This document shows, piece by piece, positions 12,901-24,660 of a DNA stretch of 64,000 nt. The position numbers and the translations under genes were made by a program. Each line of letters begins with the position of its first letter. Positions within the stretch are counted from its first letter, which is position 1. Source of the DNA: Narcine bancroftii (lineage: Eukaryota); the NCBI RefSeq assembly GCF_036971445.1, contig NC_091469.1:212722001-212786000 (forward strand), written 5' to 3'. A model generated the notes under the pieces. That model was given only the letters and a program-made list of their open reading frames with translations, did no database searches and was not told the origin of the DNA.

Positions 12901-15900
12901 GAGAGGAGGAATTAGTAATTTTTTAATTGTTTTATAGAATTCTATTGGGAGTCCGTCATCTCCAGGCGTTTTATTGTTCGGTAGCTTTTTTAATATATCC
13001 TGGTATTTCCTCTATTTCAAATGGTTTTATCAATTTGTTTTGCTCCTCTTCTTGCAATTTCGGTAGTTCAGTTTTAGCTAGAAACTCATCTATTTTGTCT
13101 TCTTTCCCTTCGTTCTCAGTTCGGTATAATTGCTCGTAGAATACCTTGAAGTTTTCATTGATCTCTGTTGGATTATATGTAATTTGTTTGTCCTTTGTCC
13201 TTGATGCCAATACCGTTCTTTTTGCTTGTTGTTTTAAGCTGCCAAGCTAGTATTTTGTGCTTTTTTGCTCTTAGCTCATAATACTTCTGCGTTCTTTTCA
13301 TTCTGTTCTTCTCCACCTTATACATTTGTAGTGTTTCGTAGTTTATTTTTTTTCTGCCAATTCTCTTCTTTTTGTTGTATCTTCCCTTGTTGCTAGTTCC
13401 TTTTCTGTACTGATTATTTCCCTTTCCAGCTGTTCTATTTCCCGATTGTATCCTTTTTTCATCTTAGTTGCATAACTTATTATCTGCCCTCTGATGAAGG
13501 CTTTCATTGCATCCCATCATATAAATTTGTCTTTCACTGATTCCATATTTATTTCAAAGTACATTTTAATTTGGCACTCAATAAATTCTCTAAATTCCTG
13601 TCTTTTCAGTAGCATGGAATTTAATCTCCATCCATATGTTCTTGGTGGGATGTCTTCCAGTTCTATGGCTAATAACAGGAGTGAGTGATCAGATAACAAT
13701 CTAGCTTTATATTCTGTTTTCCTAACACTCCTTTGGATATGGGCTAACAACAGGAACAGGTCAATCCTCGAATATGTTTTATGTCTACTCGAATAATATG
13801 AGTATTCCTTCTCCTTTGGGTGTTGTCTCCTCCATATATCCAAAAGTTGCATTTCCTGCATTGATTTAACCATAAATTTGGCTACTTTGTTCTTTCTGTT
13901 AGTCTTTTGTCCAGTTTTATCCATTTTGAAGTCAAATTAAGGTTAAAGTCCCCTCCTATCAATATATTCCCCTGTGTATCTACAATCTTCAAAAAATATC
14001 TTGCATAAACTTTTGATCCTCTTCATTAGGTGCATATATATTGATCAAATTCCAGAATTCAGAATATATCTGACACTTTATCATTACATATCTCCTTGCT
14101 GGATCTATTATTTCCTCTTCTATTTTAATTGGTACATTTTTATTGATTAATATAGCTACACCTCTGGCTTTTGAATTATATGATGCTGCCGTTACGTGCC
14201 CTACCCAGTCTCTCCTTAACTTATTGTGTTCCACTTCAGTTAGATGCGTTTCCTGCATGAATGCTATATCTATTTTTTCTTTTTGCAGTAAATTTAATAG
14301 CCTTTTCCTTTTGATTTGGTTATGTGTTCTGTTAATAATTTTTGTTATATAATTCAACATGGCCATCTCATATTCTGTTTACATCTCATTTCCGCTTCCT
14401 CACCACCACCTTTCCCCTTTTCCCCATTTTCATTTCTCAGTTTTCCTTTTTTGAACGCACTGTATGACAACACTTCTAAAACATAAAATACTTCAACCAT
14501 TCCCACATCTAAAATTCCCTTAACCCCAGGTGTTTTCCCCCCCCCCAACCTCTCTGAGTCGCCCCTTGTCCCTTGCCAGGCAACCACAACTCCCCTCTCC
14601 ATTTGGACTGCGAACCCATTCGCAAGTGTCAACTGATTTCGCAATGACTGTTATTCTCTCCCACCCAACCCCCTCCACAAAAGACTTTTATCTTCACATT
14701 AAAACAAATCTCCCCCTCTTTTCTTCTCTTTTGCTTTTTATTTTTTTTTAACCCCCCTCTTATGCCCCCACCCTTCTCCCTTGCTTCCCTCCTTTAGTTC
14801 TTACTTATACATTATTTTTACATCTTTATATGTAGTTTGTCTTCGTTCATGTTACATCTCCTCATCTCTCTTTCTGACTTGCAGGCATTCTGCAATTTCT
14901 CGTGCTTTCTCCGGATCCGAGAACAGTCTGTTTTGCTGCCCTGGGATAACTATTTTAAGCAACGCTGGATATCTGAACATAAATTTATAGTCTTTTTTCC
15001 ATAGGATCAATTTTGCTGCATTAAACTCCTTCCTCTTCTTTTGGAACTCAAAACTTATGTCTGAGTATAAAAAAAAAATTTGACCTTTGTACTCCAGTGG
15101 TTTTTTTGTCTTCTCTAATTTTATTCATTGCCTTCTCCAATATATTTTATCTTGTGTTTCTCAGAAATTTTACTAAAACGGATCTTGGTTTTTGTTGTGA
15201 CTGTGGTTTCGGGGCTAATGTTCTGTGTACCCTTTCTATTTCCATTCCTTCCTGTATTTCTGGCATTCCTAGGACCTTTGGGGTCCATTATTTTATAAAT
15301 TCTTTCACATTTGTGCATTCTTCATCTTCCTTAAGGCCCACTATCTTTATATTGTTTCACCTACTCTAGTTCTCCATTATATCCATCTTCTGAGCTAACA
15401 ACTCTTGTGTTTCTTTAACTTTTTTGTCACTTTCTTCCAATTTTCTATTTAAGTTGTTCACTTCCATTTCTATCGCCATTACACGTTCTTCCACATTTTC
15501 TAATCCTTTCCCTACATCTGTTATGACCAGCTCTATTCTGCTCACTTTTGCTTCCGTACTTTTCTTTTCACTAAATTCTAGTGTCAACCATTCTTTTAAT
15601 GCTTTCATTTGTTCTTGAATTTTTTAAAATCTATGTACTGTCCATTCATTTTACCTTCTATTCCTCTGTGCAGAGCTTGGTCTTCTTCTTCTGTGTCTGC
15701 TCTAGGGTTTGTGTCTTCTATTTCTCTTCCTTGTCTCTGTGTCTCTTTTGACTTTCTTGTTGAGCTGCTTGTGTCAGTTTATTGGGTTTTTTTTTCATGG
15801 TTTCTTGATGTTGATCCTCTTCTTCTGGGCTGGTTATATGTTGGGCCTCCTGCTTCTGATTTTCTTTCTCATCCCTCCCTTTCCCGTTACTTTCTTTTTC

Positions 15901-16345
15901 TTCCAGCTGGGAGCCCTGCTGTCGGGCATCTCTCAGCTGTTCGTGCTGTGTAGTTTCACTCCACAGCTGGTCCCCTCTCCCGTCGGTGTTCTCCTTGTCG
16001 TATGCATCATGGATGTGTGATGAATCACTAATTTAGTGAATTGAATACAAACTTTATACCTTTTTAAACCAATGTTGTTAATTGGAAGAATATCTTTGGT
16101 TTCCTTCATGTTCCTGTATGCCGCAAGAACGTCATCAACACGTCACTAACTGGGTGTGGCATACTGGGTGTCCCATTCACATTATGCTGATTCAAAACCG
16201 ATCGGCAATGATACTACCACCCTAGGTGGTTAGCTCATGGGTCGATTTGGGCCCCCCCCTACTGGTTCGGAAGCATTCGCACTGGCATGTGAAGCGGTAA
16301 ATTGGTGGTTAATTATTGGGTTCAAGTGCCATTGTGAAAGGGGCT
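9943..16345. mobile_element. PIF/Harbinger-like non-autonomous DNA transposon split by an L1 insertion
   Basis: TIRs agcccctttcacattggca (9943) and tgccattgtgaaaggggct (16327-16345) match 18/19; AAA on both flanks (3-bp TSD). Confidence 0.7.
10300..16010 (-). mobile_element. L1-clade LINE, near full length, degenerate (ORF1 ~15100-15800; ORF2 APE-RT ~14366-10668)
   Basis: Fragmented ORFs: coiled-coil ORF1; APE (IAFMQETHL, NIYAPN, SRIDLF, LSDH); RT (YRPISLLN, LDAEKVFDRVEW, RQGCPLSP, LFADD); C-terminal Cys/His region; A-rich tail at ~10300. Confidence 0.92.
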
Positions 16346-16769
16346 AAAGATTCACCTCAAACTTGTTTCTTCATCACTCTTTGAGGATCAGAACTTTGAA
16401 CAGATAACTCTGCTGTCCAAAAAATGTGAAGATCAGTCCTGCGACTTTTTCCTCCGTTTGATGCAGTCCGGGACTCAGAATTGTCCCAAAGATATTCTGT
16501 AGGGAAGAGGTTTACAAGTGTTTTTGCACTGTTTTACAAGGCAGCAATCGAATCTGGCTCCAAAGGTTATTTTTAATCTGAGATTGTAGAATTTTTGCTG
16601 ACCCAAGGGTTTAATGGGAAAGTCAGGTAACGCAATTGGTTCCAAGATCATGCACAATCTCAGGAAATGGCTCATGTCTCCTGTTTTCCTGTCCTCTTGC
16701 TGTCTTCATTTCATTGAGACGTTGTTGATCTTCATGAAACTAACTTTCCTGCTTTCTCAATTATTGCAG

Positions 16770-16912
16770 AAGCCTGCACTGAATGGATAGGAGAGGAAGG
16801 AAAAGAAGAACCAGGAGATTTGGATGGAGATGACAACGTGATTACAGTTACTGCATTTGCCATTCTGTTCATCATCAGTTTCCTCTACAGCACCTTTGTC
16901 ACTGTGGTCAAG
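16770..16912 (+). CDS. IgW: Ig heavy-chain transmembrane exon 1 (TM1)
   Basis: Acceptor …ttattgcag, donor AAG|GTAACC. (E)ACTEWIGEEGKEEPGDLDGDDNVITVTAFAILFIISFLYSTFVTVVK: acidic spacer plus the conserved antigen-receptor TM motif (LF..S..YST..T..K). Confidence 0.93.
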
Positions 16913-17759
16913 GTAACCAAATGACCAATATTCCCATGAAGCCCACCCTCCCAGCTTCCATTTCAACATAGCACAATCAATAGAGGATACAGTCAGGGGC
17001 CCCACACAACCCTGGGACATTGGGCCTTTCCATTTTACTCCTCTTCTCTGGGCCTTGACATAGCAAATGTGACAGAATGTTGCTGAGTGTTTGGGACAAT
17101 GATCCTGGGCTCAAACATTGAAATCAAACAAGAGCTGTGTTCATGTCAACCATGGAGACCTCCGCACCTGAACCCTGAGCCCAAGTGCAGTTAATGCAAT
17201 GCCTTTACAGTGCCAGCGATCGGGACCTGACCGGGGTTCGAAACCATCACTGTCTGTAAGGACAATCTGTACGTTCTGTCTGTGATTACATGGGTTTTCC
17301 CTGGGGACCCCAGTTTCCTCCCACTGTTCAAAATGTACCGGAGGGTTGTAGGTTAATTGGGTGTAATTGGAAGGCACGGACTCGTAGGGCCGAATTCGCC
17401 TGTACCGTGCTGTATGTCTGAATTTTTTTTTTCAACTTAAAGTGCAGATCTGACTTCAGACCCCTACTGGTATTCAGACTGCCTCTCCTATAGGGGCCTC
17501 ATCAGAAAATAATGAGAGACCACCTGTCTATGAGAAACCAGCTCAGAGCAGAAGGAGGAACCATTTCTCCATGGGATCCATCACCTGGATGTGTGTCAGA
17601 CCACTTAATCAGGAGGGTCCTAGAAAAGGGGGAAACCACCTGTCTCTGAGGGTCAGTCTCCTCGAATAAGGAGAGACCTCCTGTTATTTATTTCACCAGG
17701 TTATGGTCTGTGCTGCACCTTGGAAACCACAATTTCTCACTTCTCTGTCTACATTCCAG

Positions 17760-17771
17760 GTTCAGCAATGA
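17760..17771 (+). CDS. IgW: TM2 exon (VQQ*; cytoplasmic tail KVQQ)
   Basis: Pyrimidine-rich acceptor ttctctgtctacattccag then GTT CAG CAA TGA; phase 0 matches the TM1 donor. ATTAAA at 18270 and 18286. Confidence 0.8.
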   Translation, partial: VQQ

Positions 17772-18914
17772 CCAGCGGATACACGCACCACTTTCCGCCA
17801 AGATCCCTGTGAGGCTGCAGATGTGAAAAAATGGAGCCTCCCCCTCACTCACTCAGTCATCGTCTGCTGCTACACTGCAACTGCTCATTGCAGGAGAGAA
17901 TCTTTTCAATACACTGGGACCTGGAAAAGAAATGGGTTGAGATGGAGAGGGGAGGTGGGAGGGAGGGACAGGAGAGGGCACCGTGTGACCGAGGGTGGGT
18001 GGGGAGAGGAAGCCAGGGTTATATTTTGGGGATGCAGGTGTGGTCAGTGACTACAAAGAGGGCAGTAGGGGGGAGGGGCTGGTGGGGGTGATATTGTGGA
18101 AGTGATCTGGGGCCAGGAGAAGGAGTTTGAAGCAAAATGATGGAGGGTGGGTCAGTGCTTGGGGTCTTGCTGGATTGAACTTTGTAAATACGGTGTCTTT
18201 AAAATCATTGCTTGTGGCTTATTTTTTAATTTTCTGCTGGAGTGTATGTTTTGATTTAAAATTAGATGTATTAAAATGTTAGATGATTAAAGTGGAAAAG
18301 AGACCTGACCCATCTTAGTTCCCTCACCACTTCTGGGTGTTCACCTGCCACCATGTCCAGCCAACAGGTGGTCAATGCCCCCCAGGAGAAAGATCACAGA
18401 GATTTCCAGCCTAGAATGTTTAAATGTAGTCCCATTCTCACTGCTCACGGTCAGAAGGGATTTCCCTCCGTGGAACGGTCGGGGCGCTGCATCCCAAGAA
18501 GGAAGCTGATGAAAACCTGACAGTCATATTGGAGGTGTTTCCCTATTCTAGTGTTTATGACAGTGCCAGAGACAGCTACTGGTGGAATGTTTCATCATTC
18601 AAAACGTTCCAGGGAAGTATGGGAAACAAAGGAATCCACAGCAAGGAGAGGATATCGATGGGTGTGGAGAAGCAAGGTGGCCACGGGATCCTGGGCTTCA
18701 TGGGACAGGGCATTGAATGCCAGAGTGGGGTATCTTGGGTAAACTTATACCTCTCATTTTGTCCATTTTCGATTGGTCACAGTGTTTACACTACCGAAAG
18801 AAAATAGACACACACACATCGAGATCAGTTCGGTTTATACATGTCTTTATTACTAAATCTAAAGCTGAATTCACACTACAATATGCAAGCCCTTCCCAAT
18901 TATACTTATCAACG

Positions 18915-19456
18915 TGTGAGAAACAGAAGTACCTTCACAGATTTCGAGACAAAAATTGAGAACAAAGAACATTTATTGTACAACAATGCAAAGTTGGGTG
19001 CTTCCCCTTACCCTGGGAATACACACACATACTGGGGCTCACCCAACTTGTATAATACAGTTCATTTCAGTGTAGAGGTACCCTCCCCCCCTAACATTCT
19101 TCTGCCTTCTGGATTGGTTTGGCATTTGGTAATTCTGTCTGCCTACGTGCAGTTTCAGTTTCTGTTAAACTTGAAAGACCATGGGGTATCCTGTCTGGGT
19201 CCCATCATGTCATTGTCCTTATTCATGAATCTGCCTTTGTCCTTATTCACACATCTCAACCCCCAGGACTTTCTAATCTATTTGCAAAACTTGCTAATTC
19301 TATCTCATAAGACCCTTTATTCTATTATCTTGCGTAACCCTTCCTCACACTCTTATCGGAATTCTCCCTACTCAGCACTTACTTAACTTCCTCTAGTCTA
19401 GTATTCCTTATTTCATTCATACTAGCTTTAGTTCCTATATTCTATTATCTCTCACA
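18915..19456 (-). repeat. ERV-A 3' LTR (542 bp)
   Basis: Ends TGTGAGA…TCTCACA; AATAAA on the minus strand at 18972-18977; homologous to 24447-24659. Confidence 0.9.
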
Positions 19457-19524
19457 ATCCACACTTTTTCTTTAGCTACGCTTAGTAAATTCTCAACTGG
19501 AAGCTTGGTCTTTTTCCCAGCGAG

Positions 19525-20522
19525 TCAGCAAACGAACTGCAATCTCAGCATCATCAGACGGAGTTTGGGAAACATACATCCTTTGGGTTGTCGTGATCTG
19601 ACAAAGGGTCCGTTGATTAAACACTGCACACAAGTCATTAGGCAGGGAAGTATCATGATGGCTAAAATAACAAGTCCAACTGCTATAAGGGCTGTGTGCA
19701 TCCACTTCCAGTCACCAGTAAAAAGTTCAACCGCCTGACCATTGTGACCATTGTCATCAATCGATCTTCCACAAACGCCACCCTCAGCAGCCAACAAGTA
19801 ATCGAGAGCCAGGTGGTTTTGATAAGCTGTAGCTCGTATCTGTCGTTGTTCTTCAGCCAATAAATCCAAGGCCGTCGATGTCTGTTTGGTGATAATCTCC
19901 AAAACTGCCTGGAGTCTGATTAAACAGTTTAAATGCCAAACAGCTGTGGTATTCTGGAGCAGCTTGAGCCTTTACAACTGGAATTCCCCCTTATAGTGAT
20001 GGCCTTTAGCCTTCCGAATGTATTCATGACCCAAAGGATGATTTACAAGATGCCATGTTGGGGGGGGGGGCGTTTATTGTTACCTAACCTGTGAGTAGCA
20101 GCTTGTCTGCGAGCATTAGCATATATACCCCCTTTATCCCTAATCCAGGTATAGCCCTGACTAATGTTCTGCCTGTCATTTTCCCACCATCTTCTTTGTA
20201 CCATATTTTTAGCACTCATCTTTTTAATATCTGTAGAGGCCGAGACACAAACACAATCCACTACCCTAGGGAAGTTCTGTTTCCCTGGTCCATGTTGGGA
20301 TCCTAAATTAAACCATACTAAATAAGGTACCCCACTATGAATACACTCTATACCTGTGCCCTGTCTGCATTCTAAAGGTAAACTTGTCCATTCCTCAAAG
20401 TAATTATCACCTCTGCTGGAATAAGGATTCCAGGAGGACTTAATACATTGTGTACAATTGGGTGGTTTCCCAAAATTTTGGAACCAGCAGAAAAACAATA
20501 CAGCAAATAATAAAAATAACAT
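19525..20522 (-). pseudogene. env: ERV-A env relic (signal peptide/short SU plus TM with immunosuppressive domain)
   Basis: MLFLLFAVLFFCWF signal peptide; [20 protein letters not shown] (CKS-17-like); hydrophobic anchor [18 protein letters not shown]. Confidence 0.85.
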
Positions 20523-23400
20523 TACAGCACGATTTCCCAGCGTAGCATAACTTTCAGACCAGAAGGATGCGAGACTGCACGCCAGGTGGAGGGTATATTA
20601 TCAACGTCTTTAGTCCGTGGATTAGCTTGTTTAATGCGTTGTATGTGAGTCCACCCCTTTTCTTTTGTTCGCACTGCAGTGTCTGTAATCAGAAGTACAC
20701 AATAAGGGCCGTCCCATATCTGTTTTAGTTTATGGTCTTGCCACGCTTTTACATATACCCAATCACCAGGTTTAATAGAATGAATAGGATAGTCCAGGGG
20801 TGGGTTTTGAGCTAATAAACCCTTCTGTCTTAAGTCATATAGAGAAGTAGAAAGTCCCTGTAAATATTTAGATATGTACTGGTCATTAGCTTCAGGGGTA
20901 GGGGTATCAGTGTGGAATCCCATGTAAGGAAGACCAAACATCATTTCATATGGTGAGACAGCAAGGTCCTTACGAGGAGCTGTGCGAGTCCTGATTAAAG
21001 CTAAGGGTAAGCATTTAATCCAGGAGAGGACAGTTTGCTCATGAAGTCGAGTGAGTTGATTTTTCAGGGTCTGATTCATCTGTTCAACACGGCCTGAAAT
21101 CTGGGGGTGCCATGGGGTATGTAACTGCCAATCTATTCCCAGGATTTTACACACACGCTGGAGTACCTGAGAGGTAAAATGTGTACCTCGATCTGAGTCA
21201 ATGGTTTGAATAATGCCATAACGCGGAATAACAGACTAGTAATATCCGGATAACAGTGCTAGCACGATCATTAGGGGTTGGGAAAGCCTCAACCCATCGA
21301 GTAAAATGATCCACCATCATCAGGAGGTATTTATAAACCCCTATCTTAGGTAATTCCATGAAGTCAATCTGTATTCGTTGAAACGTGCGTACGGCTATAT
21401 CGCGACCGCCAGGCATTACCTGGCACATGACTTTCTTATTCACTCACTGACAGAATGGGCACCCCCGAGTACTTTGCTTGGCTATGGTGTATATTCCTGA
21501 GCAATTAAAGGACCGTACAAAAGCATCAACAAGTGCCTGTGTTCCCCAATGTGTCTGCTGGTAGAGCTGATCAATAATCTGACGAGCCAAAGCTTTGTTC
21601 AGTACTTGGCGTCCCTCTGCCGTCCACCACAAACCCATCGGGAGTTTGACGCATTCCCTGGTCTTTCATATAAACCTCCTCTTCCCGTGAAAAGATGGGA
21701 GACTTTTGAATCTCAAGTAGGGTGGGGAGTAACACCTGCATGTCCATTTTTTCTGTCAGTGCAGCCTGTTTGGCAGCTTCATCTGCCCGTCTGTTCCCCT
21801 GTGCTTCAGGTCTGTCAATAATTTGATGGCCCCGTACATGAACTACAGATATCTCCTCAGGTAACATAAGAGCATCTAAGGATTGAACAATTAAATTTTC
21901 ATGGATCAGCTTTTGTCCTTTCCCAGTTATCATTCCCCGCTCTTTCCAAATCTTTCCAAAGGTGTGCACTACACCAAAAGCATATTTTGAGTCGGTATAG
22001 ATTGTGCCCACCTTTCCCTCTAAACCCTGGAGAGCTCTACAGAGGGCATATAATTCACAGGATTGTGCCGACCAATGACCGGGAAGATGACCGGCTTCAA
22101 TCACAACTCCTTCATTCCCATCCACTACACTATACCTGCTATACCGAATGCCGTCAATGCAGCGAGAAGATTCATCAATAAACCATCTTTCACCCTCCCG
22201 TAAAGGTTCATCACTTAAATCATCTCTAATTTTTGACTGTAAATCTATCACTTCTAAACATACATGTTCTAAATCATTGGGGACAGTATCAGAATCTGGA
22301 GAAACCAAGAAGGCAGCTGGATTCTGTTCTTTGTTTATAATCAGTGTCAAATCATCCCTATCCATGAGAATCGCTTCATACTTTAAAATTCTAGAATCAG
22401 TAAGCCACCTTCCGGCACGTTGTAAGAGAATGGTGCGGACTGTGTGAGGGGTGTGAACTATCATCGGGGCACCAAACGTAATCTTTCGTCCTTCCTCGAC
22501 TAAAATAGCAGTGGCTGCAATTGCTTGCACATATTCTGGCCAACCACGACAAACAGGATCTAAAACTTTTGACAGAAAGGCAACTGGTTGTCTAAAGCCT
22601 GCCCTCTCTTGCGTTAATACTCCCATGGCTACACCATCTTTCGCATTGGTATATAGGCAAATGGCTTATTTAGGTCGGGTAAAGCCAAAACTGGAGCACT
22701 AATAAGACGCTGTTTCATCAAAATCTTTAATCTCCTCCTCCGTCCAGACAACAGTTTCGCCCCCTAGAGTCGCAAGTTTATCATAAAGAAATTTGACCAG
22801 GCTAGAATAATTCTCAATCCAAATTCTACAGTATCCCACTAAACCAAGGAATTTCCTAAGTTCTTGAGCACTCTTTGGAGGCGGGATCTGCAAAATACCG
22901 CGTGTTCTCTCTGGACTTATCTTCCTAATTCCTTGACTAACCAAATGATCTAAGTATTTAACTTCAGATTGAACAAATTGTAACTTTGATTCGCTCACTC
23001 TAAGACCCTTATTCCCTAGAAAATTCAAAAATTCAACAGTGTATTCTTTAACCACATCATACGTTTTTCCCGTGATTAATAAATCATCAACATATTGTAT
23101 TAATGGACAATCCTCTCTCCGAGGGGCCTCATGTAGTACCTGTTCTAAAACTTGGCCAAACAAATTTGGTGATTCTGTAAAACCCTGGGGAAGGACCGTC
23201 CACCGGTATTGATTTTTCCATCCTGTAAAAGGATTCTCCCACTCTCAAATGCAAACATGTCCCTACTGTCTATTGCCAACGGACAGGTCCAGAAGGCATC
23301 TTTGAGGTCAATTACACTAAACCACTTACTATGGGGATCAATTTTACCAATTATCGTATAAGGGTTAGGTACAACCGGATAACGGGTGAGAATAATTTCT
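20522..23400 (-). pseudogene. pol: ERV-A pol (RT, RNase H, integrase; frameshifted, protease and RT N-terminus missing)
   Basis: WFSVIDLKDAFW, QYVDDLL, FLGLVGYCRIWI, IYTDSKYAFGVVH, IQIDFMELP, HPQISGRVEQMN, WDGPYCVLL. Confidence 0.93.
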
Positions 23401-24214
23401 CCACGGGGTCCCGGGAATGGTCGTCGTCCCCGGAATTCTCCTCTACACCTGCCTCTGCTCTGGTCTCTACTTCCCCACTCCCAGCGCTCCTCCAAACATC
23501 CAGGAGCTGGCACACAGCTCCTAACATTTCCCTGCTGTCCCTCCACAACTTCCTTGACTGCCAAGGGTTCTGCCCTTCCCTCCCAAAGGGTCTCACACTG
23601 TTCTGAATGACCCTCCTAATCAAAGTCTCCTCCCTCTCGTGTCAATTGAGGTGGTAATCTTGTACTCTGTGAGCGGGTCATCATACCACCCCTACTTTCT
23701 CTTCTTTCTCTAACTGTGGAGGAGGAGGGGAAGGTAAAGAAGGGTAAAGCGTAGGTGAGAGGGGGAAGATAGGAGCCGCCACAGGGGGAACATAAGGTGG
23801 AGGAAGGGAATGTAACACATCCCATCCTTGTATTTCAGGGGCAGAAGGTTCCTCATTCTTCTTGTTCTTAGATTCCTTTTCGCTCAAAATCATTTGATCA
23901 AACGATCCACTGAGCCAACAGGCTGCATATTCTCTGCTCTCGGTATTACCGCCTTGATTTTGGTAGAGCCAGATGTTCAATGCCTGACACATCCAGTCCT
24001 CGTCGGATCCGAACTTTGGCCAATATACCGAACACCTTTTTATCGGATTCTTAACCCATTCCTGACAGCAATACCTGACCATGGTCTGTTTATCTTTCCC
24101 ACGGGTTTTCCCCACACCCCAATCAGATAACATTAATCCTAACGGATTATGTTTAGGTCTCTGATCTTCCCGTCCTTCTTTAGGACTGTTTCCCTTGCTA
24201 CTTACTCCTCCCAT
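23400..24214 (-). pseudogene. gag: ERV-A gag relic (MA plus Pro-rich region; most of CA/NC deleted)
   Basis: MGGVSSKG (myristoylation-type start), WPKFGSDEDWMCQALN, PPPY late domain. Confidence 0.85.
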
Positions 24215-24426
24215 ACAAGCAGGTAAATAAAATTCCTCTTACCGGGATCCAGTAGCTATTCCTAGCGCACTTCCTTAACGTTCTCCCATCGTTTGTTCTC
24301 AATGCCTTTTCTCGGATATCACTCGCTTCGTCCACTGACCAGTCACCCGTCGTCCGGGAGTCCAGCTGAATCAGCCGGGGTGTACCTACCCCAGTCATCA
24401 GGCACTCTGTCAGTGGAGGGAGTGCG

Positions 24427-24444
24427 ATCCTGGACGATTCCCCA
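24427..24444 (-). promoter_or_regulatory. Primer binding site, tRNA-Pro-like
   Basis: TGGGGAATCGTCCAGGAT is 15/18 identical to the canonical Pro PBS TGGGGGCTCGTCCGGGAT and lies 2 nt from the 5' LTR end. Confidence 0.8.
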
Positions 24445-24446
24445 AT

Positions 24447-24659
24447 TGTGAGAAACAGAAGTACCTTCACAGATTTTGCTCGGGACAAAAACTGAGAACA
24501 AAGAACATGTATTGTACAACAATGCAAAGTTGGGTGCTTCCCCTTACCCTGGGAATACACACACATACTGGGGCTCACCCAACATGTCATTGTCCTTATT
24601 CATGAATCTGCCTTTGTCCTTATTCACACATCTCAGCCCCCAGGACTTACTAATTCTAT
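24447..24659 (-). repeat. ERV-A 5' LTR remnant (two internal deletions, truncated by the RTE LINE)
   Basis: Aligns to 18915-19303 with ~160-bp and ~20-bp deletions at microhomologies; poly(A) signal mutated to AATACA. Confidence 0.88.
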
Positions 24660-24660
24660 A

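Larger units (their letters stand above)
18915..24659 (-). mobile_element. Class I (gamma/epsilon-like) endogenous retrovirus, internally deleted (ERV-A)
   Basis: LTR-PBS-gag-pol-env-PPT-LTR order on the minus strand. PPT AAAGAAAAAGTGTGGAT abuts the 3' LTR. Multiple frameshifts and deletions. Confidence 0.93.

Noticed and set aside
18778-18805. CACAGTG + 12 bp + AAAGAAAAT downstream of TM2 (deleting-element-like RSS?)
   Set aside because: Nonamer matches only 5/9, several perfect heptamers are expected by chance in 64 kb, and the orientation is wrong for deletion with the upstream V.
18783-18914. LTR-like end next to the ERV-A 3' LTR
   Set aside because: The other half is not found beyond ERV-A, so nesting cannot be shown.
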